From an uncultured Gemmatimonadales bacterium (GTDB lineage Bacteria > Gemmatimonadota > Gemmatimonadetes > Gemmatimonadales > GWC2-71-9), in the NCBI GenBank assembly GCA_963748815.1, contig CAVVKJ010000005.1, positions 416,001 through 480,000 of the forward strand: a stretch of 64,000 bases of DNA, read 5' to 3'. A program made the translations under genes and the position numbers. Shown in pieces: positions 8,769 to 19,372 of the stretch (positions are counted from its first letter, which is position 1; each line of letters begins with the position of its first letter). The notes beneath the pieces are model-generated. The model was given only the letters and a program-made list of their open reading frames with translations, had not been told where the DNA came from and did not search any database.

Positions 8769-9638
8769 ATGCCGACTCCTCCTTCCGAGTACAAGGGCGG
8801 CCACTGGCAGGCGGCCTCCGGTCGCCGCAGCAGCGGCGCCGTGATGGAACAACCTGCCCCGCAGCCGGTCGCCGACACCGGCTTCCGGGGCAAGGTCGCC
8901 GTTGTGACCGGGGGAGCCACCGGCCTCGGCCGGGCCATCGCGCTCGAGTTCGGGCGGCAGGGATGTCACGTCGCCTTCTGCTTCGTGGATCTCCCCGGCC
9001 GGGACGTCACCGAGCAGGCGCTCCTCACGGAGACCGCCCTCCGCGCCATGGGGGTGGAAGTCTACGCCGCCAAGTGCGATGTCCGCGACGCCGCCGCGGT
9101 CGGTCGCTTCATCGCCGAAGTCCGCCGGGAGCTCGGCGGCTTGCACATCCTCGTCAACAACGCCGGCATCGCCATGGATGGTGCCCTCTGGCGCATGACC
9201 GACAAGGCGTGGAAGGACGTGCTGGAAACCAACATCACCGGCACCTTCCAGTGCATTCGTGCCGTGTCCCAGGGATTCCGGGAACAGCAGTATGGCAAGA
9301 TCGTCAATGTCAGCGCGCACCAGGCCGAGCGGCCGGGGTTCGGGGTGGCAAACTACGCCGCGAGCAAGGCGGGGGTCATCGGGCTGACCCGCGCGGCAGC
9401 GGTGGAACTCGGCCCCTCGAACGTGAACGTGAATGCCGTCGCGCCGGGCTTCATCCGGACGGAACGGATGGGCATGCTGCCCGACGACGTCATCGACCGG
9501 GCCAGGAAGCACTCGGTCCTGGGGCGGGTTGCCGAGCCAGCCGATGTGGCCAAGGTCATTGCCTTCCTCTGCTCCGACGACGCCCGCCATGTCACCGGTC
9601 AGGTCCTCGTCGTGGACGGCGGTCTTTCGCTCGAGTAG
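8769..9638 (+). CDS. SDR family oxidoreductase (FabG-like); alternative start 8844
   Basis: TGGATGLG, NNAG, YAASK, NAVAPG. Confidence 0.9.
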   Translation: MPTPPSEYKGGHWQAASGRRSSGAVMEQPAPQPVADTGFRGKVAVVTGGATGLGRAIALEFGRQGCHVAFCFVDLPGRDVTEQALLTETALRAMGVEVYAAKCDVRDAAAVGRFIAEVRRELGGLHILVNNAGIAMDGALWRMTDKAWKDVLETNITGTFQCIRAVSQGFREQQYGKIVNVSAHQAERPGFGVANYAASKAGVIGLTRAAAVELGPSNVNVNAVAPGFIRTERMGMLPDDVIDRARKHSVLGRVAEPADVAKVIAFLCSDDARHVTGQVLVVDGGLSLE

Positions 9639-9795
9639 GTCGCCCTCCCCCCACCCTCCGCATCCCATTAGATTTCCAAGGCTTACGGCCCTTCGCGCGG
9701 GTTGGCGACGGAGGGCATATCACGTTGTCCACTCGCGACTTACCAGAGGGCAGGCCTTCCCCGATGGGGGCGGCCGCCCGGACAAGGGAGTCTCC

Positions 9796-10482
9796 GTGTA
9801 TCGCATATCTCGTCTGCTGGTCCTGGTCGGCTTGGCCGCGTGCGCCGGAGGGAGCAAGGCGCCGGTCGGTCCCGATCCCGTCGAAGCGCAGGATGCCCAG
9901 GCTCCGAAGCCAAAGTCCCAGGTGAAGATGCCGCCCGCGATTCCGATGAACACCCTCGGCATCGCCGGGCAGGTGGTGGGCGTCCTCCCCGCCACGCTGG
10001 TCGTGGCGCGGGATTCCCTGGCCGGACAGCCGCCATTTGCCGATCGCGCCAGCAGCAACACCTGGGCGGACTCGATCATGGGCGAAATGATGATGATGCG
10101 GGCGCCCGACGTGAAGTGGAAACTCCCGGCGCAGATGCGCGCGGTGGCGCGGAGTGCGCCGGGCATGGCCGCCGATCCCGACTACCTGGGCCAGGCGGCG
10201 CTGCGGGACCCGACGATCACCAAGGTCCCCAACCCGATGATTTCCAATATCCGCAACCTCATGGCCATCGCCGGGGGGCGCTACGCCTTCGCGGCGGCGT
10301 CCCTCTCGTTCCAGCACGACAGCCTTGGGGCGGTCGAGGCGCGCGGCAATTTCGTGGGCATCGACACCCGCATGGGCGATGTCATCTTCCGGAGCTACAT
10401 CATCGCCTCGGGCGCGACGCCGGTCGCCGCGATGGACTCCGTGATGACGATTCTCTTTCCGTCCGTCACCGTCGAACCATGA
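9796..10482 (+). CDS. hypothetical lipoprotein
   Basis: GGGAG RBS, GTG start, lipobox LAAC; stop overlaps the next ATG. Confidence 0.7.
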   Translation: MYRISRLLVLVGLAACAGGSKAPVGPDPVEAQDAQAPKPKSQVKMPPAIPMNTLGIAGQVVGVLPATLVVARDSLAGQPPFADRASSNTWADSIMGEMMMMRAPDVKWKLPAQMRAVARSAPGMAADPDYLGQAALRDPTITKVPNPMISNIRNLMAIAGGRYAFAAASLSFQHDSLGAVEARGNFVGIDTRMGDVIFRSYIIASGATPVAAMDSVMTILFPSVTVEP

Positions 10483-11495
10483 CCCACGCGGTCACATTGA
10501 TCCCGGGTGACGGGATCGGCCCGGAAATCACCGCCGCCACCAGGAAGGTGCTGGAGGCGACGGGCGTCCGGTTCGACTGGGAGGAGCAGGTCGCTGGCAT
10601 GGCGGCGGTCGATCGCGCCGGCGACCCGCTGCCGGACGCCACCGTGGAGAGCATCCGCCGCACGCAGCTGGCGCTGAAGGGTCCGCTCACCACGCCGGTC
10701 GGCACCGGCTTCCGCTCGGTCAACGTGGCGCTGCGGAAGGAATTCCAGCTCTACGCCAACGTGCGGCCGACCCGGAGCATCGCCGGCGTCGGGAAGTTTC
10801 CGAACGTGGACCTGGTGCTGGTGCGGGAGAACGTGGAGGGCCTCTACGTCGGCGTGGAGCATTTCGTCCCGGTGGGCGACGACCCGCGGGCGGTCGCGGA
10901 ATCGGTGGCCATCGTGACCCGCGCGGGCTGCGAGCGGATCATCCGCTACGCGTTCGAGTACGCGGTCCGGAAGGGACGGAAGAAGGTCACCGTCATCCAC
11001 AAGGCCAATATCCTCAAGATGGTGAGCGGGCTCTTCCTCGAGGTGGGGCGTCAGGTCGCGGCGGAGTTCGAGGGCCGGGTCGCCTTCAACGACCTCATCA
11101 TCGACAACGCCGCGATGCAGATGGTGCTCCGCCCCGAGCAGTTCGACGTCATGGTGACCACCAACATGTTCGGCGACATCCTGAGCGACCTGGCCGCCGG
11201 GCTGATCGGCGGACTCGGCCTGGCGCCGGGGGGCAACATCGGGGCGCACGCCGCGGTCTTCGAGGCGGTGCACGGCAGCGCGCCGGACATTGCCGGCAAG
11301 GGCGTCGCCAACCCCTCCGCCCTCATCCTCGCGGGCGCGATGATGCTTGATCATCTGGGCGAGGTCGGGGCGGGGGACCGGGTCCGGGCCGCGGTGGCCC
11401 GGGTCATCGAGCAGGACCTGGTGCGGACCCGCGATCTCGGCGGGACCGCCTCCACCACGGAGTTCGGCGATGCAGTTGTCCGGCGGATCGCCTGA
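10479..11495 (+). CDS. icd: isocitrate dehydrogenase (NAD-dependent IDH3-like; isocitrate/isopropylmalate DH family)
   Basis: [54 protein letters not shown]. Confidence 0.85.
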   Translation: MTHAVTLIPGDGIGPEITAATRKVLEATGVRFDWEEQVAGMAAVDRAGDPLPDATVESIRRTQLALKGPLTTPVGTGFRSVNVALRKEFQLYANVRPTRSIAGVGKFPNVDLVLVRENVEGLYVGVEHFVPVGDDPRAVAESVAIVTRAGCERIIRYAFEYAVRKGRKKVTVIHKANILKMVSGLFLEVGRQVAAEFEGRVAFNDLIIDNAAMQMVLRPEQFDVMVTTNMFGDILSDLAAGLIGGLGLAPGGNIGAHAAVFEAVHGSAPDIAGKGVANPSALILAGAMMLDHLGEVGAGDRVRAAVARVIEQDLVRTRDLGGTASTTEFGDAVVRRIA

Positions 11496-11766
11496 CGTTC
11501 CCTGCCTCACCTGCGGCAAGCGGATCTTCGGGCTCAAGTGGGGCACCGACTGTCCCGACTGTCACGCCGTCCGTGCATCGCGGGCCAACCGGATCGCCGG
11601 ACGGGTGGCGCTGGTGGCCACTGCGCTCATGGCGGCCTACGTCTGGTTCCGCGTGCCGGTCGAACCGGCGCTCGGCCGCATCTACGGCGCCATCGGCGTC
11701 GCGGCCACCTACATCCTGGTGCGTCGCATCGTGAGCCGCATTGCCATGGAGTACCTCCCGCGATGA
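11470..11766 (+). CDS. small membrane protein with N-terminal CxxC...CxxC zinc ribbon
   Basis: CLTC...CPDC then two TM helices; stop overlaps the next ATG. Confidence 0.6.
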   Translation: MQLSGGSPDVPCLTCGKRIFGLKWGTDCPDCHAVRASRANRIAGRVALVATALMAAYVWFRVPVEPALGRIYGAIGVAATYILVRRIVSRIAMEYLPR

Positions 11767-13129
11767 CAAAACTCCTCAAGATCTCGGCGACGACGGCGTT
11801 GCTCCTTGCCGCCGCCCTCCCGCTCTCCGCCCAGACCGGGCTGACCATCTACAACTCGGGACGGGTGCTGGTTCGGCGCACCCTGCCGGTCGCCGTGCCG
11901 AAGGGCGCCTCGGAGCAGCGGGTGAACCTCGGCACCCTCGACCCCGCGACGATCTTCCCGCTTGATCCGGCGGTGAGCCTGCTGGCCGCCACGTATGACG
12001 GCGGCACCGATCAGGGGAGCACCCTGCGGCGCGCCGTGGGCCGGGAGCTGACGTTTGTGCGCGCGCCCGGCGATTCGGTGCGCGCCACCCTTCTCGCGGT
12101 CGATCCCGAGCGATTCCGGTACGCAGACGGCACCATCGGCTTCCAGGCGCCCGGCATGCCGCGCTTCCCGGCGGATGTGGTCATCGTGGAGCCGACGGTG
12201 AAGCTCTCGCTGACCAGCACCAAGGTCGCTGCCGTCGCTCGGGCTGGCGTACTTCACGAGTGGCGCCAGCTGGCAGGCGAGCTACCAGGTGATCCTCGAC
12301 GGGAAGGACGCGCGGGTGCCGGGCAACGCCGTGATTGCCGTCAAGCTCACTCAGACGTCGCGGACGCCGAGCTCCAGTTGCTCGCGGGCGATGTCGGATC
12401 GTGCAGCCGGAAGCAGGGCGGGGCGATGGCCCGGCGTCGCGATGCGGCGCCTGGCGTGGTGTATGAGGATGACCGCAACGGCGGAGCAACGCATTGGCGA
12501 GGCGCACCTCTATTCCATCCCCGGTCGTGTCGACGATCCGCCCGGGCGAGACATCTCGCTCGTGGCGCTCTTCGAGCCGACGACCGCCCCGGTGGCGAAG
12601 CGACTGGTGGTCCGGTCGGGCACTTCCGTACTGGGGTGGGCTGCCGCAGTACGGCGACGAGCAGGATGTACCAGTGGCGGTGACCTACGTCGTGACCAGG
12701 GCGCTCAAGACACCCTTCGGCGATACGCCGGTGCCCGGTGGCGCCGCGCGGATTTACCAGAAGGACGACGGCGGTCGCCTCCAGTTGATCGGGGAGTCCT
12801 CGCTCGATCACACCGCCGCCGGGCAGCCGATGGAACTCGACGCCGGCACCGCCTTCGACCTGACTGCGAAGCGGACGCAGACCACCTACTCGGTGACCCG
12901 CGACAAGAATGGCAAGTCCACCGCCACGGCGGACTATCGCGTCACCGTTGCGAACGCGACCGACTCCTCCGCGACGGTCGAGGTGTACGAGGAGCGCGGC
13001 GGCGACTGGTCGGTGCTGCAGAGCTCGGTGCCGGCGGATCGCGTGTCGAGTACACGGGTCCGGTTCAAGGTCGTGGTGCCCGCCAAGGGGGAATCCACCA
13101 TCACCTACCAGATCCGGGCCTCCTGGTGA
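11763..13129 (+). pseudogene. DUF4139 domain secreted protein, multiply frameshifted at about 12225-12620
   Basis: Signal peptide plus LTIYNSGRVLVRR; LAYFTSGASWQASY, LQLLAGDV, IGEAHLYSIP and LIGESSLDHT...AFDL segments fall in different frames. Confidence 0.75.
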
Positions 13130-13986
13130 CCAGCGTCACCCTGGTCCACCTCTCCGACCTGCACTTCGGTCGCCCGGTGGAGCTGGCCCAGATCCGTGCG
13201 GTCGAGCGCCTGGTGCCAACGCTCGCGCCGGACGCCCTGGTGGTGTCCGGGGACATCAGCCAGCGGGGCCGCCACGGCGAATACCAGCGCGGCCTCGCCT
13301 TCCTCGAGGCGATCCAGGAGACGGCGCCGACCCTCCTCGTGCCCGGCAACCATGACGTGGAGTGGTGGAAGAGCCCCTTCGGATTGTTCGGCAGGGACGT
13401 GCTCTACCGGAAGTACCGGACCTACTTCGGGAACGAGCTCACGCCGGTGCTGCGGCTGCCCGGACTGGTGGTGGCGGGCGCGCTGTCGGCGCATGGCCTG
13501 AGCGTGGGGTCGATGACCTGGAACCAGCGTGACCTGACCGTGAAGGGCCACATCCCGACCTCCGAGACCGACCGGGTGGCGAAGCTCTTCGCCGCCGAAC
13601 CGCCGGAGGCGGTCAAGGTGGTGGTGATGCACCACAACGTCCTCCGGGGCGAGATCAGCGAGCGGATGGGCCTGGCGCATTGGCCCAGCGCCCAGCGGCG
13701 GCTCGACGCCACTGGTGCCGACGTGGTGCTCTGCGGGCACGATCACCAGGAGGGAGCCGGGCAGTTGCCGCGGGGGACCGTGGTCAGCACGGCGAGCACC
13801 CTGAGCGACCGGACCCGCGGCAAGCGTCCCTCGGTGTTCAACGTCATCCGCATCGATCCGGATGCCGTGCAGGTCGAGCATTGGCGCTGGGACCGCGCGG
13901 CGGATGAGTTCCGCGCGTCGGACAGTCATACTTTCGCCCGCGCAGGGGAGCGCCATGGGGTTGTGGGGGCAGGCCGCGTCGCCTGA
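13126..13986 (+). CDS. metallophosphoesterase (calcineurin-like)
   Basis: HLSDLHFG, SGDI, PGNHD, HH, CGHDH. Confidence 0.9.
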   Translation: MTSVTLVHLSDLHFGRPVELAQIRAVERLVPTLAPDALVVSGDISQRGRHGEYQRGLAFLEAIQETAPTLLVPGNHDVEWWKSPFGLFGRDVLYRKYRTYFGNELTPVLRLPGLVVAGALSAHGLSVGSMTWNQRDLTVKGHIPTSETDRVAKLFAAEPPEAVKVVVMHHNVLRGEISERMGLAHWPSAQRRLDATGADVVLCGHDHQEGAGQLPRGTVVSTASTLSDRTRGKRPSVFNVIRIDPDAVQVEHWRWDRAADEFRASDSHTFARAGERHGVVGAGRVA

Positions 13987-14656
13987 GACCGCCGAGGCGG
14001 TGCTGCGCCGCCGGCTGGATGCGCTGGGGATGCCGCCGTTCCGGGGGTTCGCGACGCACACCAACCGGACGGTGCTGCTGAGTGTCACGTCCGAAGGGGT
14101 GCTCCGGATGCACCGTGGCTATGCCTGGGCGCCCGATCGGGTCCTCTCGGCCATCGTGAAGTACGTGCGGCCGGGGACCCGCCGCGCGACGCGTCGGAGC
14201 GCGGAACGGGAGTTCCTGACCTTCCCGGTGGAGGTCCATGCGCCCCCGGCCCGCCCCAGCCGCCGCGGGGTCGAACGGCCCCGAGCCGGCGACGACGCCG
14301 TCCTGGCCCGCCTGGTGGAGATGCACCAGCGGCTGAACGGCCAGCATTTCGACGGTGGGTTGCCGGCGATCCGCTTTCGGCTCTCGAGTCGGATGCGGAC
14401 CCGGCTCGGCGAACTGGCCGTGGATGCGCGGAGCGGCAAGCCGCTGGAGATCGCCGTGAGCCGGGCGCACCTGAAGCACGGGTGGGCAGAGGTGGAGCAG
14501 ACGGTGCTGCACGAGATGGTGCATCAGTGGCAGGCCGAGTCCGCGCTGCCGGTCGATCATGGAACTGTTTTCCGCCGGAAGGCGCGCGCGGTGGGCATCG
14601 AGCCCAGCGCGCGGCGTCACCTGGGCCACGGGGGCCCCCGGCGCACGATAGACTGA
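13955..14656 (+). CDS. SprT-like zinc metalloprotease domain protein
   Basis: LNGQHFDGGL, SRMRTRLG, VLHEMVHQ...DHG. Confidence 0.8.
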   Translation: MGLWGQAASPETAEAVLRRRLDALGMPPFRGFATHTNRTVLLSVTSEGVLRMHRGYAWAPDRVLSAIVKYVRPGTRRATRRSAEREFLTFPVEVHAPPARPSRRGVERPRAGDDAVLARLVEMHQRLNGQHFDGGLPAIRFRLSSRMRTRLGELAVDARSGKPLEIAVSRAHLKHGWAEVEQTVLHEMVHQWQAESALPVDHGTVFRRKARAVGIEPSARRHLGHGGPRRTID

Positions 14657-14687
14657 CCCTCAACAGGATCACCAGAGGCTCGTCCCA

Positions 14688-15872
14688 ATGGCGAACGCAT
14701 TTGCGGGAGTGGATTTCTACGACGTCGACAGCTTGCTCTCCGAGGAAGAGCGCGCGGTGCGGGACACCGTACGCGCCTGGGTCGAGGAGCACCTCATGCC
14801 GGTTATCGGCGATGCCTACATCGAAGGCAAGTTTCCGAAGCAGCTGATTCCCGGCATGGCGGAACTGGGTTTCTTCGGCGCCAACCTTCCCGAGGAGTAC
14901 GGCTGCGCCGGGCTCAACAACGTGTCGTATGGCCTCATCATGCAGGAGCTGGAACGGGGCGACAGCGGGATCCGGTCGTTTGCGTCGGTGCAGGGCGCTC
15001 TCGTCATGTACCCGATCTACGCGTTCGGCTCCGAGGAGCAGAAGACGCACTGGCTGCCCCGGCTCGCTTCCGGCAAGGACATCGGCTGCTTCGGCCTGAC
15101 CGAACCCGATTACGGCTCCAATCCCGGCGGGATGATTACCACCGCGAAGGAGACGAAGGACGGCTGGCTGCTGAACGGCGCCAAGATGTGGATCACCAAC
15201 GGTTCCCAGGCCACCGTCTCGATCATCTGGGCCAAGACCGGCGGCATCGACGACGTCAAGTCGATCCGCGGCTTCATCGTGCCCGCCAGCACCAAGGGGT
15301 ACACGGCCAGGGACCAGAAGGGGAAGCTGTCCCTCCGCGCCAGCGACACCAGCGAAATCGTGCTGCAGGACTGCCTCGTGCCGAAGGACGCCATCCTCCC
15401 CAAGTCGGGCGGCATCAAGAGCCCGCTGATGTGCCTGACGCAGGCGCGGTATGGCATCGCGTGGGGCGGCATCGGCGCGGCGATGGCCTGCTTCGACGAG
15501 GCGCTGAGCTACTCCAAGGAACGGATCATGTTCGGGAAGCCCATCGGGCAGACGCAGTTCCAGCAGTCCCGCCTGGCGGAGATGCTCACGGAAATCACCA
15601 AGGCGCAGCTGCTCACCCTGCAGCTTGGTCGCCTCAAGGATCGCGGCACCATGACGCCCGACCAGGTGTCGCTCGCCAAGCGCAACAACATCAACATGGC
15701 CTGCGAGGCGGCGCGCGAGGCGCGCCGCCTCCTCGGCGCAAACGGCATCCTGGCGGAATACCACTCGATGCGGCACATGGCCAACCTCGAGTCGGTCTAT
15801 ACCTACGAGGGGACGCACGACATGCACACCCTCATCCTCGGACAGGCCGTGACCGGCCTGCCGGCGTTCTAG
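14688..15872 (+). CDS. acyl-CoA dehydrogenase (glutaryl-CoA dehydrogenase-like)
   Basis: GCFGLTEPDYGS, NGAKMWITNG, LGANGI, TYEGTHD. Confidence 0.92.
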   Translation: MANAFAGVDFYDVDSLLSEEERAVRDTVRAWVEEHLMPVIGDAYIEGKFPKQLIPGMAELGFFGANLPEEYGCAGLNNVSYGLIMQELERGDSGIRSFASVQGALVMYPIYAFGSEEQKTHWLPRLASGKDIGCFGLTEPDYGSNPGGMITTAKETKDGWLLNGAKMWITNGSQATVSIIWAKTGGIDDVKSIRGFIVPASTKGYTARDQKGKLSLRASDTSEIVLQDCLVPKDAILPKSGGIKSPLMCLTQARYGIAWGGIGAAMACFDEALSYSKERIMFGKPIGQTQFQQSRLAEMLTEITKAQLLTLQLGRLKDRGTMTPDQVSLAKRNNINMACEAAREARRLLGANGILAEYHSMRHMANLESVYTYEGTHDMHTLILGQAVTGLPAF

Positions 15873-15899
15873 CAACGAATTCGTACGCTGGGAGTTGAC

Positions 15900-16652
15900 G
15901 TGAAAATCGCCGTCTGCATCAAGCGGGTACCGGACATGGACCTGCGGTTTGCCATCGGGGCCGATGGCAAGGCGCTGGATCCCGCCGGCCTCAAGTACGA
16001 TATCGCCGACTTCGACGGGTATGCGGTCGAGGCGGGCCTGCGGCTGGTGGAAGCCCACGGCTCGGGTGACGTCATCGTCGTCTCGGTGGGCCCTACCGCC
16101 GTGCAGGAGACGCTGCGCAAGGCGCTCGGCATGGGCGCCCACGGCGCCATCCAGCTCGATGCCGCCGAGGTACCCTTCGACGGCATGGCCATCGCCGCTG
16201 CGCTGGCCGCCGAACTCAAGGAGGGCGGGTACGACCTGGTGCTGTTCGGTCGCATGGCCACCGACAGCGCCAACCAGACCGTCGGGCCGATGACCGCCCA
16301 CCTGATGGGCGTGCCCTGCGTCACCGCCATCTCGAAGCTCGAGGTCGCCGGAGGGCGCGGCACCGCCGAGCGCCAGCTGGAGGGTGCCGTCGAAACAGTG
16401 GAGTTTCCGCTGCCGGCCGTCGTGACGATCGACGAGGGGCTGGGCCGTCCGCGGCTCCCTTCGCTGAAGGGAATCATGGCCGCCAAGAAGAAGCCGCTCG
16501 AGGTCAAGCCGGCCCAGCTGGGCGCGGCCAGCCTGACCGTGGATGCCATCGCGCTGCCGCCCGACCGGCCGCCGGGGCGGATCATCGGCGAGGGCGCGGA
16601 CGCGGTGCCGGAACTCATCCGGCTTCTCCAGACCGAAGCGAAGGTGCTCTGA
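15900..16652 (+). CDS. etfB: electron transfer flavoprotein beta subunit
   Basis: MKIAVCIKRVPD, PRLPSLKGIMAAKKKP. Confidence 0.93.
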   Translation: MKIAVCIKRVPDMDLRFAIGADGKALDPAGLKYDIADFDGYAVEAGLRLVEAHGSGDVIVVSVGPTAVQETLRKALGMGAHGAIQLDAAEVPFDGMAIAAALAAELKEGGYDLVLFGRMATDSANQTVGPMTAHLMGVPCVTAISKLEVAGGRGTAERQLEGAVETVEFPLPAVVTIDEGLGRPRLPSLKGIMAAKKKPLEVKPAQLGAASLTVDAIALPPDRPPGRIIGEGADAVPELIRLLQTEAKVL

Positions 16653-17641
16653 TGGCCAACATGTTCGCATTCGCCGAAGCACGGGGCGGCGCGCTCCGCA
16701 AGGTCGCGCTGGAGGCGGTCAGCGCGGCCCGGCAGGCCGCCGATGCCACCGGCGGCGGCGAGGTGCACGCCCTCCTCATCGGCGCGCCGGGGATCGGCGC
16801 CCGGGCGGAAGCCCTGGGCCGTGCCGGCGCCGACGTCGTGATGGTCGTGGAGCACGCCGGCCTCGCGCGGTACAGCCCGGAGGTCTTTGCGGCGACGGCG
16901 GCTGCCCAGGTGAAGAGCGGCGGCTACCGCGGCGCGTTCTTCGCCGCCTCGGCCGAGGGGCGCGATCTCGCCCCGCGGGTGGCGGCGGCGCTCGGGGTCA
17001 GCATGGCATCGGACCTGACGAGCGTCGCCTTCGAGGGCGACGCGCTCATCGGGCAGCACCCGACCCACATCGGCAAGATCGTCACCACCGTGCGACTGAC
17101 CAGCACGCCGGCCGTCGTCACCCTGCGGCCGGGTGCGGTCCTTGCGACCGACGCCGACCGGACCGCCCGCCTGCAGCAGGCCGAGCCGGCGCTCGACCCG
17201 GCCGCGGCACGGGTCGTCGTCACGAAGCTGGGGGGGAGCGGCGACACCCAACTCGACCTCGCGGACGCGCCCGTGGTCGTGGCAGGCGGTCGAGGGTTGC
17301 GCGAGGCAGCCAATTTCGCGCTGGTCGAGGGGCTGGCCGCCGCGTTCGGCAACGCCGCCGTGGGCGCCACCCGCGCGGTGACGGACGACGGCTGGCGGGA
17401 CCCGTCCACCCAGATCGGGCAGACCGGCCGCATCGTGAGTCCGGACCTGTATGTCGCGGTGGGAATTTCCGGCGCCATCCAGCACCTGGCCGGGATGCGC
17501 ACCTCGAAGACCATCGTGGCCATCAACAAGGACAAGGACGCCCCGATCTTCAAGCTGGCCGACTACGGCATCGTGGGCGATCTCTTCGAGGTGGTGCCGG
17601 TGCTGACGGAGGCGGTGAAGAAGGCGCGCGCGGGCGGGTAA
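16652..17641 (+). CDS. etfA: electron transfer flavoprotein alpha subunit
   Basis: [34 protein letters not shown]. Confidence 0.95.
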   Translation: MANMFAFAEARGGALRKVALEAVSAARQAADATGGGEVHALLIGAPGIGARAEALGRAGADVVMVVEHAGLARYSPEVFAATAAAQVKSGGYRGAFFAASAEGRDLAPRVAAALGVSMASDLTSVAFEGDALIGQHPTHIGKIVTTVRLTSTPAVVTLRPGAVLATDADRTARLQQAEPALDPAAARVVVTKLGGSGDTQLDLADAPVVVAGGRGLREAANFALVEGLAAAFGNAAVGATRAVTDDGWRDPSTQIGQTGRIVSPDLYVAVGISGAIQHLAGMRTSKTIVAINKDKDAPIFKLADYGIVGDLFEVVPVLTEAVKKARAGG

Positions 17642-17665
17642 CCGGTTTTTCGCCGCGCCCCCTAT

Positions 17666-17679
17666 ATTGATGCATCAAT
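17666..17679. promoter_or_regulatory. perfect palindrome ATTGATGCATCAAT, candidate operator
   Basis: 14-bp palindrome overlapping a TATATT -10-like hexamer upstream of ETF:QO. Confidence 0.45.
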
Positions 17680-17712
17680 TGCCGTCCGATCGGTACTCAA
17701 GGAGCCCCCGCC

Positions 17713-19369
17713 GTGTCCCCCATCCTGCCCAGCCGCCATCAGCGCGCCCTGCCGCTCGAGAAGCTCATTCTCGGTGAGGCACCGGGTGCGGAAGCGATCG
17801 AGATGGATGTGCTGTTCGTGGGGGCGGGGCCGGCCGGATTGGCGGGGGCCATCGAACTGGCCCGCCTCGCCAAGGCCGACCAGGAGGCCGGAGGCGGTCT
17901 CGGCGAACTGAACATCGGTGTGCTGGAGAAGGCGTCGGGACTCGGTGAGCACAACCTCTCCGGTGCGGTGGTCAACCCCCGCGCGTTCCGCGAGCTGTTT
18001 CCCGAACTGACCGACGCCGACTTTCCCTTCCGCCAGCGGGTCGACGCTGAGGCGGTCTACTTCCTGACCGAAGGCGCCGCCCGCCGCATTCCGACTCCGC
18101 CCACCATGCACAATACCGGCAACTACTCCGCCTCCATTTCGGAGATGGTTCGGTGGCTCGGTGCCAAGGCGGAGGAACTGGGCGTCAACGTCTTCACCGG
18201 GTTCCCGGTGGATGCGCTGCTCGTCAAGGACAAGGCGGTGCTGCGGGGTACGAACCACGCCGAGCGGCCTCAATCGCGACGGCACCCCCGGGGGCGACTA
18301 TGCGGAGCCGACCGACCTGACGGCGCGGGTCACCGTGCTGTCGGAGGGGACACGGGGCACGTTGTCGCAGGCGTGGTGCGAATGGCAGGGAGTCACCTCG
18401 CCCAATCCGCAGATCTTCGCGCTCGGCGTGAAGGAAGTGTGGAAGGTGGCGCGCCCCCTCGATCGGGTCATCCATACGATGGGGTGGCCGCTCCCCAGCG
18501 ACGTGTTCGGTGGGAGCTGGTGCTATCCGCAGGGGCCTGACCAGGTCTCGATCGGGCTGGTGGCGGGCCTCGACTACGGGAACGCGAAACTCGATGTACA
18601 CACCCTGCTGCAGCGGATGAAGCTCCATCCCCTCTTCCGTGACATCCTCGCCGGTGGCGAGCTCGTGGAGTGGGGTGCCAAGACCATTCCCGAGGGAGGC
18701 TTCCACGCCCTGCCCAGCCGGCGGGTCGGTGACGGGCTCGTGATCGTCGGCGACGCCGCGGGATACGTCGACGTGCCCTCGCTGAAGGGCGTCCACTATG
18801 CCATGCAGTCGGGGATCTACGCCGCCCGCGCCATTTTCGCCGCCTTGAAGCGAGGCGACACCTCCTCCGTGGCCCTTGCCGAATCCGACCGGCTGGTCGA
18901 CTCGAGCTACATCCGTGACGACCTCTACAAGACCCGGAACATGCGGCTCGCCTTCAAGGACGGCTTCCTGATGGGGGCCGCCAAGGCCGGGCTGATGACC
19001 CTGACCGGAGGGAGGTTCCCGGGAGGGCGCATCCCGATGCACGCCGACGCCGACGCGCCGAGAGGCGACGGGGACGCGACGACCCTGGTGCCGGACGGGG
19101 AGCTCACCTTCGGCAAGCTCGACGCGGTCTTCAAGTCGGGCAACGCGACCCGCGACACGATCCCGAGCCACCTGCTGGTGGGCCGCGACGTCAGCGCCGA
19201 GGTGGCGGACTTTTACGTCCACCTCTGTCCCGCGGGGGTGTACGAGCGCGACGGCGACGAGTTGCGTGTCAATCCGCCCAACTGCATCGACTGCAAGGCC
19301 ACCGATGTCCTTGGCCCGCGCTGGACCCCGCGCGAAGGCGGTAGCGGCCCCCGCTACCGGGTGATGTAG
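17713..19369 (+). CDS. ETF-ubiquinone oxidoreductase, one frameshift at about 18245
   Basis: VGAGPAGLA and HNLSGAV in frame 17713; EGTRG, IPEGG, GDAAG, LCPAGVYE and NCIDCK in frame 18161. Confidence 0.88.
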
Positions 19370-19372
19370 CGG

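Noticed and set aside
6563..9925. Very long shadow ORFs (e.g. 6563-9925, 18224-21268, 14085-16682, 31636-33840)
   Set aside because: Antisense or alternative frames of recognisable genes, expected at this GC content; no protein motifs
12289..13986. 565-aa fusion ORF in the ORF track
   Set aside because: Artefact of frameshifts in the DUF4139 gene; the phosphoesterase has its own GTG at 13126
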